Below, one piece after another: positions 38,431 to 50,619 of a DNA stretch of 64,000 nt. The translations under genes and the position numbers were made by a program. Below the pieces are notes generated by a model, which saw nothing but the letters and a program-made list of their open reading frames with translations, ran no database searches and had not been told where the DNA came from. Source of the stretch: Carcharhinus amblyrhynchos (Eukaryota); assembly GCA_965287045.1 (NCBI GenBank), contig OZ336886.1, positions 6,448,001 to 6,512,000 of the forward strand, read 5' to 3'. Every line of letters starts with the position of its first letter. The stretch's first letter is position 1.

Positions 38431-41223
38431 TGACAGGGACTGGGAGCTGAACGTACAGGGCTATCAAGTGTTTAGGAAGGATAGGCAGGAGGGAAAAGGG
38501 GGTGGCGTAGCTCTGCTGATTAAGGACAGCATCAAGGTGGTAGCAAGGGATGATATTGGAGCCAAGGAGCAGAACATGGAATCGTTGTGGGTGGAGATTA
38601 GGAACAGCAAAGGGAGGAAGACGCTGGTGGGTGTCGTCTATAGGCCCCCGAATAATGATCTGGAGGTGGGGCGGGCTGTTAATACGCGAATAAGTGCGGT
38701 GTGCAGGAATGGGACGGCCGTAGTTATGGGGGATTTCAATCTGCATATTGATTGGTCGACCCATGTTGGACGCGGTGGGCTCGAGGAGGAGTTCTTGGAA
38801 TGCTGCCGGGATAGTTTCCTGGAACAGTGTGTGTTGGAGCCGACGAGGGAGCGAGCTATCTTGGATCTGGTGCTATGTAATGAGGCGGGTAGAATTAGGG
38901 ACCTTGCGGTGAAGGATCCTCTTGGAAAGAGTGATCACTGTATGGTGGAGTTTCTGGTGCAAATGGAGGAGGAGAAAGTGGGTTCCCGGACACACGTCCT
39001 TTGTTTGAATAGAGGGGAGTATGGTAGGATGAGAGAAGAATTGGCGAATGTTGACTGGGGGAGCGCGTTGGAGGGAGGGTCTGCCGAGGAGCAGTGGAGG
39101 ATCTTTAAGGAGATCTTTCTTGGTGCTCAGCGGAAATTTATTCCGATGGTCAAAAAGGACCGTAGGAGGAGAGGTAATAAGCCGTGGATAACGAAGGAGG
39201 TGAAGGAAAGTGTTAAATTAAAAGCGGAGGAATTTAGAGTAGCTAAGAGTAGTGAGCGAGAAGAGGATTGGGAGAGGTTTAAATGTCAACAAAGATTGAC
39301 AAAGAAGTTGATAAAGAAGGGTAAGAGAAACTATGAAGCTGGGCTAGCGCTTAATATAAAAAAGGATAGCAAGAGTTTTTATAAATATATAAAAAGGAAG
39401 AGGCTGGCTAGGGTGAACGTTGGTCCTTTAGAGGATGAGAAAGGGGACCTAGTGGTAGGGGATGGGGATATGGCTAAGGTATTGAATAACTTTTTTGTTT
39501 CTGTCTTCACGGAGGAGGACGTGAATAATTTGCCGGGTGTTAGCGATGGAAAGGTGGTAGGACTGGAGGGTCTTAATGACATTACTGTTACGAGAGAGGC
39601 GGTGCTCGACAGACTGGAGGGGCTGATTGTGGACAAGTCCCCAGGACCGGATGGAATGCATCCGAGGGTTCTGAAAGAAATGGCGGAGGTGATAGTGGAT
39701 GCCTTGGTGGTTATTTTCCAGACGTCGCTGGATTCCGGGGAAGTGCCGGAAGATTGGAAAACGGCTAATGTTACGCCGTTGTTTAAGAAGGGTGCCAGGC
39801 AAAAGGTGGGGAATTATAGGCCAGTTAGTTTAACGTCTGTGGTAGGTAAAATGTTAGAATCCGTCATTAAGGAGGAAATTGCGAGGCACCTTGAAGAGAA
39901 TTGCTTGATAGAGCAGACGCAGCACGGTTTCATTAAAGGGAAGTCGTGTCTGACAAATTTACTGGAGTTCTATGAGGATGTGTCTAGGGCAGTGGATAGA
40001 GGAGAGCCGGTAGATGTGGTCTTTCTGGATTTTCAGAAGGCGTTTGACAAAGTACCTCACAAGAGGTTATTGCAGAAGGTCAAGGGACATGGAGTTGGGG
40101 GTAGGGTGTTAGCGTGGATAGAGGATTGGTTGTCAAATAGGAGGCAGAGAGTGGGGGTCAACGGGTGCTATTCGGATTGGTGGATGGTGACTAGTGGAGT
40201 GCCCCAGGGGTCGGTGCTGGGGCCTCAGCTTTTTACCATTTATATAGTTGATCTGGAGGAGGGAACCGAGTGTAGGGTGTCGAAATTTGCTGATGACACC
40301 AAGATTGGGGTACGGCAAATTGTGCGGAGGGTGTGGAGAGTCTGCAGAAGGATCTAGATAGGCTGGGCGAATGGGCCAGGAAATGGCAAATGGAATTTAA
40401 TGTTGGCAAGTGTGAGGTGGTCCACTTTGGTAGGAATAATGGTAGGAAGGACTATTACTTACGTGGTGAAAAGCTGCAGCAGGCGACGGTGCAGAGGGAC
40501 CTCGGGGTCCTTGTGCATGAGTCGCAAAAACCCAGCTTGCAGGTGCAGCAGGTGGTCAGGAAGGCGAATGGGATGCTGGCCTTCATAGCGAGGGGGATTG
40601 AATATAAAAGTAGGGAGGTCTTGCTGCGGGTGTATAGGGCATTGGTGAGGCCGCAGCTGGAGTACTGTGTGCAGTTTTGGGCGCTGCACCTGCGCAAAGA
40701 TATTTTGGCCTTGGAGGGAGTGCAGAGGAGGTTTACTAGGCTGATACCGGAGTTGAGGGGGTTGAGCTATGAGGAGAGGCTGAATAAATTAGGCTTGTAC
40801 TCGTTAGAGTTTAGAAGAATGAGGGGAGATCTCATTGAGACGTATAAGATGATGAATGGGATGGATAGGATAGAGGTGGAGAGACTCTTCCCGCTCAAAA
40901 AAGACAGTAGGACTAGGGGGCACAGCCTCAAGATAAAGGGGGTGCGGTTTAGAACGGAGTTGAGGAGGAACTTCTTCACTCAAAGGGTGGTGAATCTCTG
41001 GAATTCTCTGCCCGTTGAAGTGGTGGAGGCTGCCTCGCTAAATATTTTTAAGACGCGGATTGATGGGTTTTTGATAAGAGAGGGGATTAAGGGTTATGGG
41101 GAGAGGGCGGGAAAGTGGAACTGAGCCACGACAGATCAGCCATGATCTTATTGAATGGCGGGGCAGGCTCGAAGGGCTGGATGGCCTACTCCTGCTCCTA
41201 TTTCTTATGTTCTCATGTTCTTA
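38431..41223 (+). mobile_element. Young CR1 LINE with nearly complete ORF2 (APE endonuclease and RT), 5'-truncated, one frameshift near 40310
   Basis: ORFs 38468-40357 and 40333-41124 carry YRPP, MGDFN, ILDLVL and SDH (endonuclease) and [21 protein letters not shown] and FADD (RT); ttcttatg tail; possible 4-bp TSD aatg. Confidence 0.97.
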
Positions 41224-42029
41224 ATGTCTACCTCCATGGCACTGTAAATTACATGGGCCTTGTATCGAGGTTGAAATGCCGCTATCCTTGAGACCCCAAA
41301 CTGCCTTTATCTTGAAAGTGAATGGACAGTTTAAAATATAATGGTTTACAACCTGACGTTCTCAACTTTTCCCTGCAACTTTGGAAACTAGCAGTTTAAC
41401 TGCTGTAAACACAGCTGCTGCTGCCATTGTCTCAAAGTGTGACAGCTATACCTTCCTTCCAGCAAAACAATTTGGGCCTCCCTTTAATCCCTAACACCAG
41501 GCCTGCTGTCAGCCAGAATTCAGAATGGATCACATGACTGCCTTAATTTTACACTAAATTTATCGCACTATTGCAAAACATAATCTTATAAAATTTTGCA
41601 ATTGTATTGACCATACTTAAAGTAGTCGGTGCATTTGAACGTGAGTCAGGCAGCAAGACATCATTTTCAAGAGGCCAATGGTAGAACAGCAATCTCAGGT
41701 AGCAACTTCTTATTTTCTCATTTAACTACATATCTGTCCTTGACTGAAGTTACTGTGTGATTTAAACATAAATGTTGACAGGCGCCATGAGCTGCACTAG
41801 TATTTTGATGTTAAACTGTGGCCCAATAAATTTTTCAAGATGGACAGGATTATTGTTAAACTAAGTAGGAGAATAGCATTTGTCAGATTGTCAACATTCT
41901 TCATCTTTTGCATCATCAACAATAAACAACTTGCATTTATATATTGCTTTTAACATAGTAAAGCACCCCCAAGGTGCTTCATAGGAATGATAATGAAACA
42001 AAATGAAATGATAAGGTGATAAAAGCTGT

Positions 42030-42368
42030 AATAAAATCAGAGAAACTTACAGCACAGAAGAAAGCTATACAACTCACTATGGCCGTACTGGCTCTTAGTC
42101 CATATTCCTGCTTTTTGTCCATAACTGTGCAAGTTTCTCATCCTCCAGCACCGGTCCAACTCCTTCCTAAAAATATTTATCGAATCGACATCTACCACTT
42201 TTCCAAGTCAAGTGTGCCTGATTCTGACAACTCTGAGTAAAACCTTTCTTCTCATCTCACATTTAGATCTTCTACCAATGATTTAAAATCTTTCTTCTCT
42301 GGTTATTGATCCACCTGCCAGTGTAAATAGTTTTTCTCCATCTACTCTATTAAAAAAATGCCAAATTT
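42030..42368 (-). mobile_element. Old CR1 3' remnant
   Basis: RVDGEKLFTLAGGSITR in the ORF track and cttacagcacagaag tail. Confidence 0.6.
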
Positions 42369-42369
42369 T

Positions 42370-43890
42370 GACCAGATTGCTCCAAAGGTGTAACCTGGGC
42401 AAAGTCTCCAGCACGATACCACACCAAATGCATCTTCCCCTCCCTTCCCCTTTCAGCATTCTGAAGGATGGATCTCTCCACAACACTCTGATTTACTCAA
42501 TCACCTTAACATCCTTTCCTCTTCTCATGGCACCTTTTCATTCAAGCACAGGAAATGTAACACTTGCCCTTTTGCCTCCTTTCTGTCCAAGATTCCAAAT
42601 GCTCCTTCTAGGTGAGACAGCAATTTACATCTGCTTCTTTAATTCAGTATACTATGCCCACAATGCTGTCTGCTCAATACTGGGAGATCAAATACATAAT
42701 GGACAATAGCTTTATGAACACTTCCATTCAGGCCACAGGTGTGACCTCGAGCTTCTGGTTACCAGCCATTTTAATATTACACCTTGCTCTCATACTATAA
42801 CCTTTTTGTTCTTAGACTTCTACAATGTTCCAATGAAGCTCAACGTAAGCTCAAGAAACTGCACCTAATCGTTCAATTACACACATTATAGACTACTGGA
42901 AGGATATGATTGCAACAATTTCAGACTTTTTTTTGCCGCATTTTGTTACTTTTTTCTTTGCTTTTGGTTTTCTTTTGCTTTTCATAGAACCGCAGAATCC
43001 CTACAAGTGTAGGAAGAGGCCATTCGGCAAATCAAGTCTGCACTGACAGCAATCCCACCCAGGCCCTATCCTCATAATCTCACACATTTACCTTGCTAAT
43101 TTCCCTGACACTAAGGGTTAATTTAACAGAGCCAATCAACCTAACCCATACATTTTTTGGACTGTGGGAGGAAACCGGAGCACCCGGAGGAAAACCATAT
43201 AGACACCAGGAGAACGTGCAAATGCCATACAGAGAGTAACCCAAGGCCAGCATTGAATCCAGGTCCCTGGCACTGTTTTTGCTTTGGGATGGCAGCCATT
43301 TATCATTCTGCTATTCACATCTTCTCTAGACACATCTTTTGTTCCTTTACTATTTCCTTACCACTCTCTTTGGCTTTGTACATGCAATTACATAGAAACT
43401 AGAAGCAAGAGTGGGCCATTCGGCCCTTCGAGCCTGCTCCGCTATTCATTTTGATCATGGCTGATCATCGAATTCAATATTCTGTTTTCTCCTTCCCCCC
43501 ATATCCCTTGATCCCTTTAGCCCTTAGTGTTATATCTAATTTCTTCATGAAATTAGACAATGTTTTGGCCTCAACTACTTGCTGTGGAAACAAATTCCAC
43601 ACATTCACCACCCTCTGAGTGAAGAAATTTCTCCTCACCTCAGCTCTAAAAGGTTTACTCTTTAACGCCTTAATGGATAATGACCCCTTTTGTTATTTAA
43701 CCTCTCGCCTCCCACCCATCACAAAATTCACTTCTCTTCTTTTTCCTCCTTTCACTTGCTGAAAATTTATTACATTTCTACTTTACCGAGTAGTGATGAA
43801 AAGTCAGACCTGAAAAATTAATTGTTTCTCTTGCGACAGATGCTGCCTCACCTGCACAATGCTTCCAGCATTTCCTGATTTACAGTATTT
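42370..43890 (+). mobile_element. Penelope-like element relic (GIY-YIG region and terminus) with nested HE1 SINE (about 42983-43273, -) and CR1 end (about 43391-43660, -)
   Basis: Degenerate FTC..VY...C..C...IGE GIY-YIG-type sequence at about 42620-42700; caacgtaagctcaagaaactgcacct; terminus acagatgctgcctcacctgc. Confidence 0.7.
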
Positions 43891-44867
43891 GGCTATTGTA
43901 TGAATAAAAAGGAGCTTGTCTGTAGTCAATCATTGGCAACTGCTGCATATTTTGTACAGCGGTCAGTAACAAAGAAGAACTATACACATCTAGTGGTGAC
44001 TAAGACTAGACATGTCATCAGTCATTGCGGTTTTCTAGAAATTATTCCAGAAGTGAACATTCCTCCCACTCATTAACCAGAATGTAAACTGAGTCATTCA
44101 TCAGTAGGTCATGCAGTTCCACCACTTCTTTTAAGCTTATTTCTAACATAGCAATCTATGGCTGGAACAACTTTGAAAAACTTGCACATTGATGGAAATT
44201 AGGACGACCCATTACGCATCATTTTTTAAAATACTGCTTCAGTTCATAAAGATTTGCAGTTACAACTACACTAGCAACAATGTACACTGTGCTCTGTTAG
44301 AAACATTCTGAAAAGAATTCTTTGTTCTAAAATGAGGTAATAAATAATACAAAAATGTCATTGAGAGCTTGCTCTGCCATGGTTGGCCTTTGAATGCAGT
44401 ATGACCTACCCTATTAAGGGAATGGATACAACTCAAAACACACCTAACACAACATGAAACATCAGTGAGATTCCCAGGTTAGCACAACTATCTCAACCAG
44501 GCAGGATCACAATAGCGGGGACAGTCTATCACAAAGTCCACACAATGTTTTGTCACTGAACAAGGCTGGTTGGACAAGAATAAACAATCTGAAAGGACAA
44601 CAGGCTGGCTGGGATCAGCCACAATAGGGCCATAGCATGTGCCATACACTGCATGACACCATGGCACTACACTGGGCAGCAGAAGCTCTCCATTTGGCAA
44701 CTTTCCACATATTGGATAGAACTAGAAAGACATCATTCATTGCTAGAAAAAAATCTTGCTAGATGACACAAAGGATGCCGTCGAGTAATCTTCTCCAGAG
44801 AGGGGGCAAGAGAGAGAGAGAGAAAGAGAGATCAAAATCTTCTCTGCTTAAAGAAAAACATGTTACA

Positions 44868-45072
44868 AAGGCAAAATACTGCAAATGGTAGAAATCTGAA
44901 ATAAAAACAAGAACAGTTGGAAACACTCAGGTCAGGCTACATAGATGAAGAGAAAGAGTTTCAGATCACTGACCTTTCATCAGAACATATAAAAGGCTGT
45001 GCTGGCCTGAAATGATAATTCTTTCTCCCCAGAGACGCTGCCTGACCTGCTGAGTATTTCCAGCATTTTCTT
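44868..45072. mobile_element. Inverted pair of Penelope-like termini with hammerhead-like core
   Basis: The minus-strand terminus contains CTGATGA-AAGGTC-AGT-GATCT-GAAA (44959-44983) and is followed by a plus-strand terminus gacgctgcctgacctgctgagtatttccagc. Confidence 0.7.
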
Positions 45073-45344
45073 TAACATAAAACACGTTACATATGTTAAT
45101 ATCAATTCATAGCTAAGCCTAGGATTGCAACTGTCTGCCAATGCCCTAATTAACAGTTAACTGCTCCTTCAATTATTCCGAGTCTTTAAAATCCTAAGTA
45201 TAGCACGGTATCATTTTCTCACTGGTTGCAACTCATCAATTAAAAACATACAGGCAGAAGGAAAACAAGCCAAAGCAAACAAGCATTTGAAAAGGCGGGG
45301 CAGCAGTCCATGCTTAATCTGCCTGGAATATACACCCAAGGAAC

Positions 45345-46080
45345 TGGTGTATACTGTACTTAAATTTTCACAATGCATTTGATAAAGTGCTACATCAAAG
45401 GATATTGTGGAAAATAAAAGCTCATGTTACATGGGTAACATACGGGCATGGATAGAAGATTCCCTGGCTAACAGGAAGCAGAGAATAGGCACAATTGGGT
45501 CTTTTTCTTTTGCCTTAGGAATCAGTATTGTGACCTCAACCATTTACAATTTATATAAATTACTTTGATGAAGGGATTGATTGCCAAATTTGTTGATGAC
45601 ATAAGGAGAGATAAGAAAGTAAGTTGTGAAGAGGACACAGCACAGCAGCACAGTGGTTAGTGCTCTAAGGACTCTGGTTCAATTCCAGCCTCGGGTTACT
45701 GCCTGTGTGAAGTTTGCACGTTCTCCCTGTGTCTGTGTGGGTTTCCTTCCACAGTTCAAAGATGTGCGGGTTATGTGGATCGACCATTCTAAATTGCCCC
45801 TTAGTGTCAGGGGAATTAGCTCGGGTAAATAGTGGGATTACGGAGATAGGACCTGGGTTAGACTGCTGCTGGTGCAGACTTGATGGGCTGAATGGCCTCC
45901 TTCTACACTGTGGGGATTCTATGACATAAAGAAGGTACAAAAGGATATAGGTAGGTGAAGTGAGTGAGCAAAGATCTGGCAAGTGGGGTATAATGTAGAC
46001 AAATGTGATTCATCCCATTTTCACAGGAAGAATAAGAAAGTTGCACATTAGCAAAATGGTGAGATTGCGAGCTCCAAGAT
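45345..46080 (+). mobile_element. Degenerate CR1 RT fragment with nested HE1 SINE (about 45640-45922, +)
   Basis: gcatttgataaagtgc (AFDKV) and aaatttgttgatgac (KFVDD); gaagaggaca..gacataaagaagg flanks the SINE. Confidence 0.75.
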
Positions 46081-46407
46081 TAGTACAAGGACCACTGGTT
46101 TACCTGATATATATTAATAGCCTAGAGTTAAATATACAAGGCACAACTTCAAAACTTTGAAAGATTGTGAACCACAAGGAGATGGTGATAGATGTCAAGG
46201 GGACTAAGAAAAGCTGGTGGAATGTGCAGAAACATGGCAGATGAAATTTACTCCAAGAAGTGTGAATTGATGGATTTTGGTAGGAAGGAGAAGGAGAGGC
46301 AAGGACAGAATTCTAAAATAAGTTGCAGAAACATAGAGATTGAGGGTACATGCATACAAATTTTTGAATGTGTCAGGGCAGATTGAGAAAGTGGGTTAAA
46401 GGGGTAA

Positions 46408-47110
46408 ATTGATTTAATTCATTATTGTCACATGTATTAACATACAGTGAAAAGTATTGTTTCTTGTGCACTATACAGCCAAAACATACCGTTCATAGAG
46501 AAGGCAGTGTTACAGTCATAGCTAGGGTGTAGAGAAAGATCAATTTAATGCAAGGTAAGTCCATTCAAAAGTGTGACAGCAGCAGGGAAAAAGCTGTTCT
46601 TGAGTCAGTTGGTCCGTGACCTCAGATTTTTGTAACTTTTTCCCGTCAGAAGAAGGTGGGCGAGAAATGTCTGGGGTGCGTGGGGTCCTTAATTATGCTG
46701 GCTGCTTTGCCAAGGCAGCGGGAAGTGTAGGCAGAGTCAATGTTTGGGAGGCAGGTTTGCGTGATGGATTGGACTACATTTACGACCTTTTGTAGTTCCT
46801 TGTGGTCTTGGGCAGAGCAGGAGCCCATACCAAGTTGTGATACAACTAGAAAGAATGCTTTCTAAGGTGCATTGTAAGAGTTGGTGAGAATTGTAGCTGA
46901 CATGCCAAATTTCCTTAGTCTTCTGAGAAAGTAGAGGTGTTGGTGGGCTTTCTTAACTATAGTGTCGGCACAGGGCAGGTTGTTGGTGATCTGGACACCT
47001 AAAAACTTGAAACGCTCGACCCTTTCTACTTTGTCCCCGTTGATGTAGACATGGGCATGTTCTCCTTTACGCTTCCTGAAGTCGATGACAATCTCCTTGG
47101 TTTTGTTGAT
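46408..47110 (-). mobile_element. Rex1/Babar LINE 3' fragment
   Basis: Closely similar to 13341-14060 (tattgtcacatgtatta.. gaaaagtattgtttct..). Confidence 0.85.
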
Positions 47111-47353
47111 AATAGCAGCTTAACCTTTATAAATAAATAAAGGCATACAGTACAAGTGCTATGGTACAAGGTCAGAGGAGTTACGATAAACTTTTTTAAA
47201 CACTGTTTTAGCCTCAACTGAAATATTGTGTCTAATTCTGGGTATCGCACTTTAAAATAATTAGAAGGCTTTACAGAGAATGCAGAAAAAGTTTATGAGA
47301 ATAAACTCAGGTATGAAAGACTATTAGTTGCAGGGATAGGTTGGAAATCTGGG

Positions 47354-48206
47354 TGTTAGAGAAATTTCAAACAATCAGGGATTTAAGACACTAACGAAAC
47401 AACTAGCACTAAGTGAAATGACTTAAAATTAGACTAACAGGGGTACTGCCTGCATAAAGACACACATAATCACAGTAAGAGATTTAAACGAGTAAGAGAT
47501 TTGAACCTGTATTTTTGACTTAAACATTTATTTCAGATTTTAAAATGTACTTCAGATTTATTTATAAAAGTGATCTGTGCACTTTAGCCAAAACCAGGCT
47601 GCCCAACAGCATGATGGGATAAAAACTAAGTGATACAAACCACATTCTTTGGAACAATGAAAGCACAGAATGTGTATATTCTTATCAGCATAAGTTACAA
47701 ATAGTATGGGTTCCCAAAGCCATAGTATGAATAGAGCTGTTCAATTTGCACCGATAAGACAGTGCTTGTCAGGTGTGGGAATACCAAATGTTTGACTTGA
47801 CTGCTGATTTAATCGAGAGTTGGTGAGAACTCAATAGCTAAGCGACAGGGGAGAAAGCATCCAGATTCTACGGATCAATGAAATCCCATGATGTCAGAGG
47901 GTAGAATGTAATTGGTTAAGGTATATGACAACAATAATTGATTTGTACTAATGATGACTGGTCCATAATAACGGGAAGGTGGGAAAAGCAAACTCAAAAA
48001 TGTATAATTGTCCTGTATGACGGATTGCAACTTTAGAATGGTATTGGGATGCTCAGGGCCTTCTCTCAGAGAAGTGTTGGACTGCTCAATACTATCTCTC
48101 CCAGTAATCGTTGGTTAAATAAAGATACGTCTTTAATCAGGATACTTTAATCTTTGTATTAGCTGAAGTTTTGGCATTACTTAGTGTGTGAAAAAACCCC
48201 ACAACA
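47354..48206 (+). mobile_element. Solo LTR (853 bp), ERV-like or LTR retrotransposon
   Basis: Begins TGTTAG and ends ACAACA; 5-bp TSD ctggg/ctgga (one mismatch); splits a CR1 cleanly; tgtataa at 48001 and AATAAA at 48118-48123. Confidence 0.75.
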
Positions 48207-48789
48207 CTGGAGCTGTTCTTCTTGGAGAAAAGAAGATTAAAAGGAGATATGAGAGAGGTGTTTAAAATCATGAGGGGTCTAGTCAGAATAGATAGGAAGA
48301 AACTTCCCACTGGGAGATAGTTTGAAGACTAGAGCACACTGATTAAAGGTAACTGGTAAAAGCAACAGTGGTATGAAGTGGCATGAAAGAAAACATTTTA
48401 CACAGCATGTGGTTAGGACCTGGAGTGCATTGCCTGAGAGTTTGACGTCTTTCAAAAGAGAACTGGATGATCAATTGAGGTGAAAATAATTCCCAGCTAC
48501 AGGTAAAGGCAAGCAATACTTGCAGTTTTTCTTCCAGAGAATCAGCGAGGATATGACAGTTCAACAGCCCCTTTCTGTACTATAACTATTCAATGATTCT
48601 ATTTCTAAACTCGGAAGGAAAAAGAACAAAGTCTTAAAGTTACATGGATAATTTACTCACCCTATTTGTCAAAGGTTAAAAATCCTGCTAAAACACGCAG
48701 ATAAAGTTAGTCAAGAATACACAAGCTAATAGAAGAGGATAATGAGATGTATGAAATCTACAAAGTATTGAAGGATGTTGTTGTGCCTC

Positions 48790-50616
48790 TGTTCTAAGTG
48801 GGACCTGTACACATTGGATGGGTTACACCTAGGCAGGACTGGGACTGATGTCCTCAGGAGACTGTTTGCTAGAGCGAATGGGAGAGTTTAAATTAATATG
48901 CCAGGAGGATAGGAACCTATGTAAGGAGTCAGAGAAGGAGGGAGCAAGGACAAAAACAAATGATAGACAAGGGAATAAGAAAAGTGATAGGCAGAGAAAC
49001 CAAGGACAAAGTTTAAACAAGGCTATAGAGCAAAATGTTGTGAGTGAGACAGACGATGTTAAAAAGACAAGCTTAAAAGGTCTGTGCCTTAATGCGCGAA
49101 GCTGTTGCAATAAAGTCAATGAACTAATCGTGCAGATAGATGTAAATGGGTAAGATATAATTGGGATTACAGAGACATGGCTGCAGGGTGACCATGGAAG
49201 GGAACTGAATGTCCCAGGGTACTCAACATTTAGGAAGGACATGCATAAAGGAAAAAGTGGTGGAATGGTACCGCTGGTTAAGGAGGAAACTAACACAATA
49301 GTAAGAAAGGATATTAGCTCTGACAACGCAGAATCTGTATGGGTAGAGTTGAGAAATACCAAGGGGCAAAAAACATTAGTAGGTGTCAAATACAGACCCC
49401 CAAACTGCAGTAGTGATGTTGGGAATGACATTAAACACGAAATTAGAGATGCACGTGATAAGGGAATATCGGTGATCATGGGTGATTTTAATCTGCACTA
49501 GCTCGGGCAAATCAAATTAGCCACAATGGAGAAATTCAGAGAGTGTATACGGGGTGGTTTTCTTGACCAATATGTGGCAAATCCAACTAGAAAGCAGGCC
49601 ATCTTAGACTGGGTACTATGTAATGAGAAGGGAACCATTGCCAATCTAGCTATACGAGACTCCTTGGGGATAAGCGACCATAACATGATAGAATTTTTTC
49701 ATCAAGATGGAGAGTGAGGTAGAAGGTTCGGAGACTTGGGTGCTGAATCTTAATAAAGGAAACTATAAGGATATGAGGCGTGCGTTGGCCTTGATAAATT
49801 GAGAAGAGTTATTTAAAGGGATGACAATGGCAAACATTCACTGGGAACTGCAGCAACTGTTTACTCCTGTCTGGCGCAAAAGCAAAATGAGTAAGAGAGC
49901 CAATCTATGGCTTACAAAGAAAATTAGAGAGAGTTTCCGATCCAAGAAAGAAGCATACAGATTGGCCAAGAAAAATAATAGGTTGAGAACTGGGAGCAAT
50001 TAGAATTCAGCAAAGAAAGACCAAGGGATTGATAAAGAAGGAGAAAATATAGTCGAAAGTAAGCTTGCAGAGAACATAAAGACTGACTCTAAGAGTTTCT
50101 ATAGATACATGAAGAGAAAAAGGTTACTGAAGACAAATGTCGGTCCCTTCAAACAGAAATGGGGGATGTAGAATAAAAGACAAAGAAATGGCTGAGCAAC
50201 TGAATACATACTTTGGTTATGTCTTCACAAAAGATGACACAAATCAGATGCCAGAAATGTTAGAGAATGCAAAATTTAGTGAGGGGGAAGAACTGAGGGA
50301 GGTCAATATTAGTAGAAAAATGGTGCTGGGAAAATTGATGGGATTGAAGGCAGATACATCTTTAGGTCTGAGATATTTCTTCATCCAAAGTGTGGTGAGC
50401 CTGTGGAATTCATCACCACAGGAAGTAATTGATGCCAAAACATTGAATGTGTTCAAGAGGCGGCTAGCACGTGGGATGAATGGAATCAAAGATTATGGGG
50501 AAAAGGCAGGACTAGGCTATTCAGTTGGACAATCAGCCATGATCGTGATGAATGGAGGAGCAGGCTCAAAGGGCCAAATGGCCTCATCCTGCTCCTATCT
50601 TCTGTATTTCTATGTA
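48790..50616 (+). mobile_element. Degenerate CR1 LINE: ORF1 C-terminus (esterase DGLHL motif), ORF2 endonuclease, RT deleted, 3' end retained
   Basis: tgggacctgtacacattggatgggttacaccta = WDLYTLDGLHL; LCLNARS, YRPPN, MGDFN and SDH motifs; jumps from LKADTSLG to LRYFFIQSVVSLWNS at about 50368. Confidence 0.85.
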
Positions 50617-50619
50617 ACT

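Larger units (their letters stand above)
46085..48605 (+). mobile_element. Degenerate CR1 fragment split by Rex1 and a solo LTR
   Basis: RT-end pieces at 46085-46400, 47115-47353 and 48207-48605 are colinear; ends with attctattcta-like tail. Confidence 0.7.

Noticed and set aside
38468-41124. Possible domesticated or active reverse transcriptase gene
   Set aside because: It is a 5'-truncated CR1 copy lacking ORF1 and the start of the endonuclease, with a frameshift after FADD and a normal CR1 tail.
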